A stretch of 64,000 bases of DNA from a virus (Duplodnaviria > Caudoviricetes): the IMG/VR virus record IMGVR_UViG_3300044711_000026, positions 4,999-68,998 of that record, one strand, 5' to 3'. Made by a program: the position numbers and the translations under genes. The notes beneath the pieces are model-generated. The model did no database searches. It saw only the letters and a list, made by a program, of their open reading frames with translations, and was not told where the DNA came from. Below are positions 28,115-37,292 of this stretch, piece by piece; the first letter of the stretch is position 1, and each line of letters opens with the position of its first letter.

Positions 28115-28930
28115 CTACAGCCCCAGCGCCGCAACGATCTTGGGTACGAAAAGATCAGCGCCGGCATCGTGTCCAGCCCCCGTCAAATGGGTAAGGTCAA
28201 CCTGTCGATAGACAAGCCCGGTCAACGAATCCAAATTCGCCCCTTGAAATACATTGATCCCGTTCGGAGCAGCGTCCTGCGCAGCCTGCACAGCCGTGCT
28301 GACTGCGCCATTGATGAGCGTGCATTTCGAGATCATCCACGGGACGCCATCCCCAGGTGTGGCAATGACCTGAGCGAGCGAGGCTGTGTAAGCAGCCTGC
28401 GAGGTGTTGAGGGGGTTGTTGTCGGTTTCGCCCTGTATCCAGATGTAGAGGCTGGCCGCAAGCCCTCTGGATGCGAGGATTTGCGGAACGAGTGCCAGAC
28501 GTCTGTTCAGGACCCCGCCTGTCGCCCATCGCGCTACTGGCGTCCCGCCGTAGCAGATCGGAACGAGAATAACGCGCTGACAATAGCCGCCATTGATCAG
28601 CTTGTCGGCAATCCGCCCGGCTATATTGCCGCAAGTCGCTGACGATCGGATCGTGCAGCCTAGCAGCGGGTCAACGGCCTTGTACGTTCCGCCATCGAAA
28701 ATATTGAAGTTGTCAACCTTGTCCGCGTTGGTCGGGGTATAGGCCACACTGCCAGAATTCGCGCCGTTCGATTGGCCCACGGTAACGAGAACGAGGGTCT
28801 TTTCGCCCGGGTTAAGCTGCGGCGATCTGGTTTCCTTTCCAACTGGGTAGCGGTTGCTGCCCCACGGGATCTGGTCAAGGTCCTCGGGGACGATAAACGG
28901 ATAGCCCGCCGAGGCCACTCCCCTCATCAT
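28115..28930 (-). CDS. SGNH carbohydrate esterase (sialate O-acetylesterase/CE6-like)
   Basis: VGQSNG, WIQGETDN, DLTHLTGAG; ATGA-coupled start. Confidence 0.85.
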   Translation of the reverse strand: MMRGVASAGYPFIVPEDLDQIPWGSNRYPVGKETRSPQLNPGEKTLVLVTVGQSNGANSGSVAYTPTNADKVDNFNIFDGGTYKAVDPLLGCTIRSSATCGNIAGRIADKLINGGYCQRVILVPICYGGTPVARWATGGVLNRRLALVPQILASRGLAASLYIWIQGETDNNPLNTSQAAYTASLAQVIATPGDGVPWMISKCTLINGAVSTAVQAAQDAAPNGINVFQGANLDSLTGLVYRQVDLTHLTGAGHDAGADLFVPKIVAALGL

Positions 28931-29895
28931 CCCCAGAACTCCAACTGCAAGCCCGAGCGATGCACGGCGGCTCCAGCGTTGTTCCCATACCATGTCTGTG
29001 TATCCGGCGTGACTCCAGCACCTCTTTCCTGCCAGATTATTTGATGCCAGCCAAGGCCCGGATAGCCCTTGTAGAAGCTTTGGCACGTCACAATAGGTGA
29101 GTTAGTGCACTGCACAAACGTACTGCGCCCGCTGTTGACTGTGGTGCTGTCTATGCCGATTCCTGCGGCGACCGTGCGCGGTGTGGTGGTGGAGTTCTGC
29201 ACGACGTTGAACGCTTCTGCCGTCATCAGCACGCTTGGAAGACCGAACAGCGTTTCTACTTGGTTGGCAGCCCCAACATTGGCCGAATTGACTTGACGGA
29301 AGCTAGACGCTGAATGATCCCAGTTTGTTCCTGCCTCTTGGACCAAGCCACAGCGTTGCGCGATCTGCCAGGCATTGAACACGAGCCGCTTCAGTGCCGT
29401 ATCGCCAGCCTGGCCGTCAGCTATTGGCCGGAATGATCCAATATAGGTCGCGCAATTCGCAGCCACGGTCATGGTGCTGCCACTCGCAGACCCGTACCGG
29501 ATCGTAATTGCGTTGGCGTTGGTCCAGATGCCGTTGACGAGGTGGATCTCGGTAGACCCAACACCAGTTCCTCGAAGAATATTTGAACCTGGATTGGCGC
29601 CAGCAGTCCAATCAGGACCGGTGCCGACACGAGCGGCTCCAGACCCATCCAGAACAGCAAACAGATCGAAGTTCTTTCCAGCCTGATGATAACCGACATG
29701 ACCGGAGTTGTTATCGAGTGCCAAGGCAAGGTCAGACGCAACCGTGTAGAGCCGAAACCTCGAGCCGTCATGGATCGGCAACCTGCAGCCATCGACAGGC
29801 GTCGCGTAAATGTTGGTCACGCCAGAGACGTCGGCGGTCGTATTCGCAACACCCGGCGTCAACGTGATCCGAACTTGCGGGGCGACCTTTGTCAT
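28927..29895 (-). CDS. tail-fibre/spike-like protein
   Basis: RITLTPGV..TADVSG.TNIYATP..G..LPIHDG, NFDLFAV, TYIGSFR, FNAW, YPGLGWH..W.E; coupled to flanking genes. Confidence 0.6.
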   Translation of the reverse strand: MTKVAPQVRITLTPGVANTTADVSGVTNIYATPVDGCRLPIHDGSRFRLYTVASDLALALDNNSGHVGYHQAGKNFDLFAVLDGSGAARVGTGPDWTAGANPGSNILRGTGVGSTEIHLVNGIWTNANAITIRYGSASGSTMTVAANCATYIGSFRPIADGQAGDTALKRLVFNAWQIAQRCGLVQEAGTNWDHSASSFRQVNSANVGAANQVETLFGLPSVLMTAEAFNVVQNSTTTPRTVAAGIGIDSTTVNSGRSTFVQCTNSPIVTCQSFYKGYPGLGWHQIIWQERGAGVTPDTQTWYGNNAGAAVHRSGLQLEFWG

Positions 29896-30662
29896 CACGC
29901 CGCCGGCAGCATGGCGATTTGCGCTGCGTCCATAGGCACGACGGGTGCCATCTGCTGTTGCTGGGCCTGAGCCTCGACCACGTCGAGATACCTCCCGCAA
30001 TAGTCGAACGGGCCGACATGGCTCATCTTATGCCCGATGTTGGCCCACACCGATCCGCCGCACTGACCCCACCGGATACAGAACGAGAGGTCTTCAGAGA
30101 TCAACCCCCGATCCGGAACGTCCATCTTTTCGAACAGCCGGAGCAGGCGATTCGTCCCCGCCTGACGCAGGGTTTCGCCGGCCGGGTGCAGGGTCAAACG
30201 GGTGTCAATCAGTTCGGGAAACTTCTCTACCATCTTGGTGATAGCGTCACGGCGGATCAGAGTGCAGCCGAAGCCAACGCCTTCTACGCGCATGAAATCG
30301 CCTCGGCGCTCGGTCAGTGGCGTGCCGCTGCCTGAGCCGGCCCAGGACAGTGGCATCTTGCGCTGAGGGTAGACGGTGCCAACAACGGCCTCGTTGAACA
30401 GCACCATGTCGCTCACGAGTTCCGGGGGAAAGCCCATGTCTGCATCGATGAACAGGATGTGGCTGCTGTTGGGCATCGTGTCATACCAAATCGTCGTAAA
30501 CATTGACCGCAGCTCGGCGATATCAGGGAACGACAAAGTCGTAATTCCTCCACCGATCCCCTTCTGCATAAGGTGCTGACGCAAGGCGTGGGTCGTAAGG
30601 AACGTGGTTGCCGTCACGACTTGCCCGAAGGCCGGAACGCAGATCAAAATATCAGTAGCCAT
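29895..30662 (-). CDS. glycosyltransferase, GT-A fold (phage GT2-like)
   Basis: ILICVPA, HILFIDADMGF (DxD), GVGFGCTLIRR, SEDLSFC..W...GG..W, SHVG. Confidence 0.85.
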   Translation of the reverse strand: MATDILICVPAFGQVVTATTFLTTHALRQHLMQKGIGGGITTLSFPDIAELRSMFTTIWYDTMPNSSHILFIDADMGFPPELVSDMVLFNEAVVGTVYPQRKMPLSWAGSGSGTPLTERRGDFMRVEGVGFGCTLIRRDAITKMVEKFPELIDTRLTLHPAGETLRQAGTNRLLRLFEKMDVPDRGLISEDLSFCIRWGQCGGSVWANIGHKMSHVGPFDYCGRYLDVVEAQAQQQQMAPVVPMDAAQIAMLPAA

Positions 30663-30853
30663 TACGAAACACCCCTCTTGGTGGATTGATCAAGGCCCTC
30701 GTCTTGAGGCCGAAAAACATGCACAAATCCTATTGCGTCTGCCTTCGCTGCCTTACGCAAGCCCGGCGTATATGGCTCGTCTGATGGAATGCGCGGCCGA
30801 CTCGTCACTCCAAATTGAGGACGATAGACAGGTTTCCGAGGTGGCTCGCTCAT
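30662..30853 (-). CDS. small hypothetical protein
   Basis: 63 aa coupled on both sides. Confidence 0.45.
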   Translation of the reverse strand: MSEPPRKPVYRPQFGVTSRPRIPSDEPYTPGLRKAAKADAIGFVHVFRPQDEGLDQSTKRGVS

Positions 30854-31536
30854 TTTGGAGCCTTTATGTTGGAAAAGAAAATGTCCGTGGCTTCCTTGCT
30901 CCGCTCCATGGCCTCGGTAAGGACAAGGGCGTAATCACGGGGGATGCTGAAATCGAGCGGGGACTGTCGGTGCACCACGTTGATGCGATCGGTCCAGATC
31001 ATGTAGGTGTTCCAATATCTGGCGTCCTGCCTCAGGAGCGTATCAATCGCCGCTTCGTCGAATTTCAGGTACTCCACGAATGGGTATTTCGAGATGAACC
31101 GCAGTTCGTCACCGAGCACCCACGCCATGAAACGATGATGATGATAGCCGCGGAACGGAGGTGAGCCGCCGTCAACGCCCCGCCCCAGTTCTGCCATCGG
31201 TGACGGCGTCTCGACATAGCCGGCCTTGGCTACGCGGCTCATCTCGGCGCAAAGCGGGAAAGGGTTGTACATGTCCTCCAAAACGTGACGCGCGATGACG
31301 AAATCAAACTCCTTGTCCTTGAACGGCAGAGGCTCCGTTGCCACGTCGCACTTGACGAAGTTCTTGACGCCCTGCACGTCGACAAAATCGACCGACACAT
31401 CAGCCCGCTTGAACGGAGCTGTACCAGGGCCGATCTCTAGCACCCTCGCATCGGCAGGAATCACCACGTTGGTGAGGTAGTCGTAGACGCTCTGAATCGG
31501 AGGCCAATGCTTCTTGTCGTTTTGGGTGAGAGCCAT
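30850..31536 (-). CDS. class I SAM-dependent methyltransferase
   Basis: RVLEIGPG, DVATEPLPFKDKEFDFVIARHVLE, EMSRVAKAGYVETP. Confidence 0.9.
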   Translation of the reverse strand: MALTQNDKKHWPPIQSVYDYLTNVVIPADARVLEIGPGTAPFKRADVSVDFVDVQGVKNFVKCDVATEPLPFKDKEFDFVIARHVLEDMYNPFPLCAEMSRVAKAGYVETPSPMAELGRGVDGGSPPFRGYHHHRFMAWVLGDELRFISKYPFVEYLKFDEAAIDTLLRQDARYWNTYMIWTDRINVVHRQSPLDFSIPRDYALVLTEAMERSKEATDIFFSNIKAPK

Positions 31537-31548
31537 CAAAAAGTCCTG

Positions 31549-32706
31549 TCAGAGAAACTCAGCGTGATCCGGGGTCTTCGTTGTGGGGAAGTCTACCTTC
31601 CCTTCCTTCCAATCAAATAGCCATTGATTGGTGTGGGTTTGCAAGCACTGGGTACCACAGCGCTCCCGGGGGTCGAACTGATCGCTGGCGAGATAGCGGA
31701 CCATTTCCCAGTATCTGTCACTGGCGAAGATGTCCCGGAAGCGCGTGCTGACGATCGAATCGACGTGAAATTTCTTGAACTTCTCGTTGAAGTGGAAGCC
31801 GCAGCTTGTGATGAGGCCATTTCCACTCATCTGAAGCTGGAAAGGAACGCCGAGGCACCGGCTGTAATGACGTTTGCCTTCATCTGCCAGCCGAGCCCAC
31901 TTCACGACAACGCGAAACGTCTCATCTCCCATCTTCTCAACTTCGCGGAAGGTATCGTACAGCGCGTCATACTTCTTGTAGTCGACACCAAGGTGGCCCT
32001 CGTCGTTGTCGCTGCAGTGCTTGTAGATCAGATACCCCGGGCGTATCTCCTGCGCCAACTTCGCAAGCGGCATGATTTGATCGTGGAACTGGGGCATGGT
32101 GACCATTTGCATGTTCACGACGCACGGCAGATTATCTCGGCGCACGATCTCCATTGCGTCCTTGACGTTCTGGATAACCTGCCAATAGTCCCGCTCCTTG
32201 AGGCCCATGATCTCCTTGTAGCGAGGCATTTCGCCGGCCGAGAAGTTGAACCTCAGATAGGTGATGTGTGGAAGGATTCGCTCCAGAACCTTCTTCTTGA
32301 GCCGCACACCATTCGTCCCGATGCCGATCTTGATTCCGAGAGAAGCGGCATATTCGATCGATTCCTCGTACCACGGGACAACCGTCGATTCGCCGTCGCT
32401 GATGAGGCTGATGCCCTTGACGCCGATTTCTGCAGCGTCCTCCAAAAACTCGAATGCGTGCTTCTTGGTGATCTCGCCGCCGTCTTCAGACGCCTGCATC
32501 GTCGCGAAACAAAAAACGCACGCTGCATTGCACTTGCGCGTCCAGGCTACGTCCATCGTGACCGGCGCTATCCGTTCACCACGGTCCCACGCCAGAACGC
32601 GGTCTTTCCACCAGCCGACCTTGCTCGCATCGAGAATTAGGTCGTTGACCGAGATGGCGGGAGACCCCGTGACGACGTGATCGAAGAACTCCGGAAGATT
32701 GCTCAT
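31549..32706 (-). CDS. radical SAM enzyme with SPASM/twitch-like C-terminus
   Basis: CNAACVFC (CxxxCxxC), SDGES, RCLGVPFQLQMSGNGLITSCG, CGTQC. Confidence 0.9.
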   Translation of the reverse strand: MSNLPEFFDHVVTGSPAISVNDLILDASKVGWWKDRVLAWDRGERIAPVTMDVAWTRKCNAACVFCFATMQASEDGGEITKKHAFEFLEDAAEIGVKGISLISDGESTVVPWYEESIEYAASLGIKIGIGTNGVRLKKKVLERILPHITYLRFNFSAGEMPRYKEIMGLKERDYWQVIQNVKDAMEIVRRDNLPCVVNMQMVTMPQFHDQIMPLAKLAQEIRPGYLIYKHCSDNDEGHLGVDYKKYDALYDTFREVEKMGDETFRVVVKWARLADEGKRHYSRCLGVPFQLQMSGNGLITSCGFHFNEKFKKFHVDSIVSTRFRDIFASDRYWEMVRYLASDQFDPRERCGTQCLQTHTNQWLFDWKEGKVDFPTTKTPDHAEFL

Positions 32707-32900
32707 ATGCGCTTTCTTTCTTCTTCGGTCATGAGGTTCCTAAGCTTCGAATCGTCGGCCATCGTCTCTTTGAACACCTCGATCGGTAGCCCCGTGGACT
32801 CACGTAGGTACTTCTCCAGATCGAACATGAGCTTGGCCTGAAGCGATCCCTTGATCTTCGGGCCGAACTTCATGATGATCTCGTAATCCTTGTTAGCCAT
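32703..32900 (-). CDS. small hypothetical protein
   Basis: 65 aa, coupled. Confidence 0.5.
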   Translation of the reverse strand: MANKDYEIIMKFGPKIKGSLQAKLMFDLEKYLRESTGLPIEVFKETMADDSKLRNLMTEEERKRI

Positions 32901-33435
32901 TGGCCCTCTGATCCTTATACCGATCGGTGTACTCCACGAGTAGGGTCGACCGATGGGAATTAAGCGCTTTCACGTATTCCGGGACGATGTCGGCCTCGTC
33001 CCTCAGCTCGACGATGTCCGTTGTTCTCAGCATGAGACGAAACGCCGCTGTGAAATCGTCGTCATGCTGAGGTCCCGGATTGAACGGGGACGTGCTCGGG
33101 GTCGCGGTTCGGATGATCACCTTTGGCCGGTACTCGGAATACAGGCTCAGCCGGTCTAGATGACTAACTATCTGATTTGTCGCGCAAATCAAGAAGTTCC
33201 ATCTAGGGTAAGTACATACCGGGATGAACCCTTGCAGCGACATGCCGATCGCCATGCCCATCTGCATGTCCTCAGCCACGGGCATTTCGATCCGCTTCTC
33301 TGGAGCGATGCCACGGAAGGACGGAGCCAAGGTCGTACCATCGTAGCCGACTCCTTGACCCATAAAGATGACACGGTCGTCGCTGGCCAGGGTCTGCATC
33401 GCAAGGCAGAGTTGATCGAAGTAGGATGATGTCAT
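32893..33435 (-). CDS. TPP-enzyme beta subunit (transketolase/E1-beta pyrimidine-binding domain only)
   Basis: VIFMGQGV, EMPVAEDMQMGMAIGMSLQG, NQIVSHLD, GPQH; 180 aa, C-terminal domain absent. Confidence 0.85.
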   Translation of the reverse strand: MTSSYFDQLCLAMQTLASDDRVIFMGQGVGYDGTTLAPSFRGIAPEKRIEMPVAEDMQMGMAIGMSLQGFIPVCTYPRWNFLICATNQIVSHLDRLSLYSEYRPKVIIRTATPSTSPFNPGPQHDDDFTAAFRLMLRTTDIVELRDEADIVPEYVKALNSHRSTLLVEYTDRYKDQRANG

Positions 33436-33443
33436 TTTTTTAT

Positions 33444-33629
33444 CTAAACGTCGTCTGACTTGTTAGGCATAAGATGAGCCATGAGGACCTCAAGCCTCTT
33501 TACTCTATCCTCAAGCGTCGGCCCGGCCGGCTCAGGCGCTTGGATTGAGCATCTGCAAGTTCTTGGATGATCATAACATCCAAACGGATGGTGCGGGCAT
33601 TCACATACATGAGTTTCAAAAACTGACAT
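33444..33629 (-). CDS. small Cys/His protein
   Basis: CECPHHPFGC..HPRTCRC. Confidence 0.45.
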   Translation of the reverse strand: MSVFETHVCECPHHPFGCYDHPRTCRCSIQAPEPAGPTLEDRVKRLEVLMAHLMPNKSDDV

Positions 33630-34197
33630 GGCGTCCGATCCCAACATGCGGCCTCGTCAACTCATACCGATAGCTAATATGCGGCGAGTGGCCACACCGG
33701 CCCCAGACTTCCTTGGTGTCCGTGCAGACAGACTTGCCGTTGTCCTCCGTCACGAAGTTGATTGGCAGTTCATGCCCATGAGCGTAGCGCATCGTCTCGC
33801 TGATGATCCCTGCCCTCGCCGTCATGTCGCCCATAAAAACCCACACCTTGCCGGGCTTGTCGCTGCGCTTGAGTCCCCAGGCGATGCCCATGGCAATCGG
33901 AGCGATGCCGCCGACGATAGCGGAAGAAATAACACGATATTTCGGGAAACACAGCGCGATCGAATGACCGGCCAAGATAGCGGCCTTCAGTTCTTCGGGT
34001 GGCACGCCGGCCAATAGCGCATGGTAATGCATACGCCAGCCCCCACAAATATAATCGTGCTCCAAGTCAACGCGCTCGAATAGGTCAATAAGCTGCTGTT
34101 CGTTGCCTCCGGCCAAATGAAGCGGCGAACGGATCTGGCCCGCCTCAAACAAGGCTGCCATCTCGGCTTCGAAGGCTAGGAGGTCTTGCGGGGTCAT
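33616..34197 (-). CDS. TPP-dependent E1-alpha-like subunit
   Basis: PLHLAGGNE, WRMHYHALLAG, SAIVGG..PIAMGIAW, TPP motif GDM...EDNG. Confidence 0.85.
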   Translation of the reverse strand: MTPQDLLAFEAEMAALFEAGQIRSPLHLAGGNEQQLIDLFERVDLEHDYICGGWRMHYHALLAGVPPEELKAAILAGHSIALCFPKYRVISSAIVGGIAPIAMGIAWGLKRSDKPGKVWVFMGDMTARAGIISETMRYAHGHELPINFVTEDNGKSVCTDTKEVWGRCGHSPHISYRYELTRPHVGIGRHVSF

Positions 34198-34460
34198 GTA
34201 ATCCAATCCGATTTATCGTCAATCAGAACAGCATGCGACATGCCCATAGGCTTTACTGGAACTCCGCACGCATTGAGTTGGCAACGGACCCACTCCATGC
34301 ATTCGTCTCGGTCCTCGGGGATTCGATCCCGGAAATGGACGCGGCTCAAGCACTCAAACATCACGTCCAGAATCTTCTGAGACCGTTCTTTTTCGTTCAC
34401 TGAACCATCCCCAGCGCCTTGCCAATCCGATACAGGACCAAGCTTCGATCGATCCGCCAT
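34194..34460 (-). CDS. hypothetical protein
   Basis: 88 aa, ATGA-coupled. Confidence 0.5.
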   Translation of the reverse strand: MADRSKLGPVSDWQGAGDGSVNEKERSQKILDVMFECLSRVHFRDRIPEDRDECMEWVRCQLNACGVPVKPMGMSHAVLIDDKSDWIT

Positions 34461-34545
34461 CCTCTATGCTCCAAGCGGTAGTGCAGGAGGCTGTGGCTGG
34501 TCGTGTCGAGGAAGTGGTGGGGGATTTTCACTTGCTTTTGCTGCA

Positions 34546-34749
34546 TCATAGGTGGCTGCTCGGTTGGCCAATCCCAATGAAAAGATCATCAGGATTTATG
34601 GATGTGGCTCTTATAAATTCCTGTATATCTGAAATAATAGGATTTAACTCATCAAGGGCTTGGCAAGCCAGAGTCTCTCCGCCATCCTGCATTATCACAA
34701 GGAGTGATTTGACTTCTATTAGCCTATTAAGCGCATCCCTTACATTCAT
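34546..34749 (-). CDS. AT-rich hypothetical protein
   Basis: 67 aa, coupled to gmhA, visibly AT-rich codons. Confidence 0.4.
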   Translation of the reverse strand: MNVRDALNRLIEVKSLLVIMQDGGETLACQALDELNPIISDIQEFIRATSINPDDLFIGIGQPSSHL

Positions 34750-35333
34750 TTGGATTTGTCCTTCTCAATTACTTCGTCCAAGATCGAATGAAGGATAGCT
34801 AGGTGCGCAATCTCAACAGTGCCATACTGGTTGGACGGAACGTAGAAGTTAACTTGGCCCTTGGTCCGCAGGAAGTTGCCAACGCCAAATCCGCTCAGCG
34901 TGACCAGGTTCATCCGCATGCCGACAGCCACATCAGCCGCGCGTAGGATGTCCTCACTCATGCCAGAACTCGAGATCGCGAACAGCACGTCCCCGAGCTG
35001 GCCGTGTCGAACGATCATCTCGGAATAGATCCGGTCAAACCCGTAGTCGTTGCCGTAGCAGCTCATGAGGGCGGAATCAGGCGGGCCGAACGTCGGAAAG
35101 CCGCCATTCTTCTGGTAGTCAGTTGCGCAGTGTGAAGCGATCGCCGCCGACCCGCCGTTGCCGATGAAGAACAAACGCGACTTCTGCAACCCGTATTGCG
35201 TGATGAGGTTGTGGACGGCCTGATAGCCACCTGCCTCGACTTGGGTGCCGGACAAAGCGTCAGACAGCAGATTGAAGCTACCGCGCTCAAATTTCATTGC
35301 AGGGTAAGAAGCGTATGCTTCCGCGTCGTTCAT
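34746..35333 (-). CDS. gmhA: phosphoheptose (sedoheptulose-7-P) isomerase, SIS domain
   Basis: FIGNGGSAAIASH, GNDYGFDRIY, GDVLFAISSSG.S..IL.A, YG.VE..HL.ILH. Confidence 0.9.
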   Translation of the reverse strand: MNDAEAYASYPAMKFERGSFNLLSDALSGTQVEAGGYQAVHNLITQYGLQKSRLFFIGNGGSAAIASHCATDYQKNGGFPTFGPPDSALMSCYGNDYGFDRIYSEMIVRHGQLGDVLFAISSSGMSEDILRAADVAVGMRMNLVTLSGFGVGNFLRTKGQVNFYVPSNQYGTVEIAHLAILHSILDEVIEKDKSK

Positions 35334-35662
35334 TTAAGGGCCTCATCAATCATCCGTTCCCATATGGACTCACACTGGCCTGCCGGCTCTCCCCCTTCAG
35401 CCCCCGCATCCTTCATTGCGTCAGTAGGTTTGCGCATGGCCTCAATCACAGCGATAGCATTAAGACCGATCACTCGTTGCTGACATGAAATGCTGTCACT
35501 GCACATTTCAAAAACGGTAGGGTGAGTTATTTCGGAAACCGGCTTATCCTCGCAGGACTTTATAAACGCATGACTATCGTAAACATACCAACTTCCATCA
35601 GTCGACGGATAACTAGCATAATGGTTGAGCACCTCGCAGACCCTTTCCATCAACTCATTCAT
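35330..35662 (-). CDS. phage hypothetical protein (EAMRxPTxAM family)
   Basis: C-terminus AVIEAMRKPTDAM...WERMIDEALK shared with 54979..55230. Confidence 0.6.
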   Translation of the reverse strand: MNELMERVCEVLNHYASYPSTDGSWYVYDSHAFIKSCEDKPVSEITHPTVFEMCSDSISCQQRVIGLNAIAVIEAMRKPTDAMKDAGAEGGEPAGQCESIWERMIDEALK

Positions 35663-37053
35663 GCCAGCAACGCCTCCAACGTTTGCAAAATCTCATCCCG
35701 CCCAACGTGGCGTTTATGCCCGAGGATGGACACCTTGATTGCACCCACAATGTTCCCCACCAGCGCGGCGCATGCCAGGTCAAGCCCAGCGGCCACCAGC
35801 GGCGCGGTTACAGCCATCACGGCATCTCCCGCCCCCATCGTGTCTATGCCACCGATCGCCAATGCTGGGGCTGTCTCATGCTTCCAGTTAGATTGAGCCG
35901 GAGATGTTGTCATATCGAACCATTGCGACCCATAACGCCCATGCGTAATCAACCATTTCCTGCAATCAATTTTGTGGGACAATGACGAAACTACAAAGCT
36001 TGGCACGCATTCACTTGCAGGCATTCCAGACGCCAATCTAGCTTCCGGCTCGTCTATGCAGATATAATCAACCTTCGGATACTTCGTCACCAGATTGAAC
36101 CCGTAATTACCAGCATTGGTCTGGCTATTTACGGCTAGAAACCTCGATCCCCTCAATTGATAGCGCTCGATATCCCCAAGAAGGCCATGACCAAAATCGT
36201 TGACAACAACCACATCAGCCGTAGCGACGACACTTCCCAGTTTATCGCGGAACGCTGCGCGGCAATCCTCGGTCATCTCGATTTCACGGGACGAATAGAC
36301 GTCGAACAGCTTGCGATTAAAGTCGGAGTCTACGAATCGGGTCTTTGAAATACCTGTGCTGCGTGGATGGCTCAGGTAATCCACGTTCTTCCATTCGCCA
36401 TGCTTCATCGCAGCCAGAACGCCACCCTCGAACGCATCTGACCCGGTCTCCACCGTAGCCAGCATCAGTTCCTTGGACGCCCGGCCCAGCCCCTGCACAT
36501 AGCGGTAGACATCAAGGATGATCTCTCCGACAAACAGGACCTTCAGTCTGTCAGCCCTGTCGAAGGCCTCAAGGATCTTGTCCCTGGCACCTATGTTCTT
36601 CATGAAGTCCAGGTATTGGCAGACGTCTTCGGAGAACGTCTCGCCCTTCAATATCCGGGAGGATGACCACTTGTGGCTCCCCGTGATCTTCATCTTGCCG
36701 CCAACCTCCGCAATGGCCTCGCGCTCCTTGGCAAGTCCCGGATTGGTCGATCCTGCATAGTCCACGCCCTTGACGTAGAAGTTTGGCCTGAGCCTGCGAA
36801 TCAGGTCCCACGCCCCCTCCTCATCGTTGACAATAACCTCGTCCACACAGCCAAGCGCACGAACTGATTCGGCCCGCTGCTCTGCATTGAAATGAGGCCG
36901 TCCCATGCCCTTCTTGACGAACCGATCGGATACGACAGAGACCACGAGCCAATCGCCGAACTTCGCAGCCTCCTGCAAATGGCGGATGTGGCCGAGGTGC
37001 AGGAGGTCCCAGACGCCGTGACACAGGACGATGGTGCGAGGGTTGATGATCAT
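35659..37053 (-). CDS. bifunctional sugar nucleotidyltransferase + PfkB kinase (HldE/RfaE-like, reversed domain order)
   Basis: N-terminal HGVWDLLHLGHIRHL (HxGH), KGVDY, WSSSRI; C-terminal VNDFGHG, DTMGAGD. Confidence 0.9.
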   Translation of the reverse strand: MIINPRTIVLCHGVWDLLHLGHIRHLQEAAKFGDWLVVSVVSDRFVKKGMGRPHFNAEQRAESVRALGCVDEVIVNDEEGAWDLIRRLRPNFYVKGVDYAGSTNPGLAKEREAIAEVGGKMKITGSHKWSSSRILKGETFSEDVCQYLDFMKNIGARDKILEAFDRADRLKVLFVGEIILDVYRYVQGLGRASKELMLATVETGSDAFEGGVLAAMKHGEWKNVDYLSHPRSTGISKTRFVDSDFNRKLFDVYSSREIEMTEDCRAAFRDKLGSVVATADVVVVNDFGHGLLGDIERYQLRGSRFLAVNSQTNAGNYGFNLVTKYPKVDYICIDEPEARLASGMPASECVPSFVVSSLSHKIDCRKWLITHGRYGSQWFDMTTSPAQSNWKHETAPALAIGGIDTMGAGDAVMAVTAPLVAAGLDLACAALVGNIVGAIKVSILGHKRHVGRDEILQTLEALLA

Positions 37054-37292
37054 GTGCTGCTGCCGTCTTGAGACGTTTCCCAACGGAACGTATCGCAATA
37101 GAAGGCGTAGAACTTCTCTTGCATGTCTCGACGGGCACGGGCTTCTGCAACTGTCAGCGCAGGATCGGAAACGATCGGGCGCACGTCGAGCACGCGCTTG
37201 AGTTGCTTCAGCGCCCGGAATAGATCAGCCGCGTCATCGTCTCTAAGGTTGCTTTCGAGCGTTACCACAAATCCTGCTATTCGGTCTGTCAT
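37050..37292 (-). CDS. hypothetical protein
   Basis: 80 aa, ATGA overlaps on both sides. Confidence 0.55.
   Translation of the reverse strand: MTDRIAGFVVTLESNLRDDDAADLFRALKQLKRVLDVRPIVSDPALTVAEARARRDMQEKFYAFYCDTFRWETSQDGSST

Noticed and set aside
28931-28993. Apparent Tat signal (SRRASLGL) on the SGNH esterase
   Set aside because: It arises from extending the ORF 63 nt into the upstream fibre gene; an ATGA-coupled ATG with a GGAG SD at 28930 is the more parsimonious start
31624-32640. 338-aa + strand ORF
   Set aside because: Antisense shadow of the radical SAM gene
32893-34197. Pyruvate/acetoin dehydrogenase as an energy-metabolism AMG
   Set aside because: Subunits are truncated, no E2/E3, and the context is sugar-nucleotide biosynthesis
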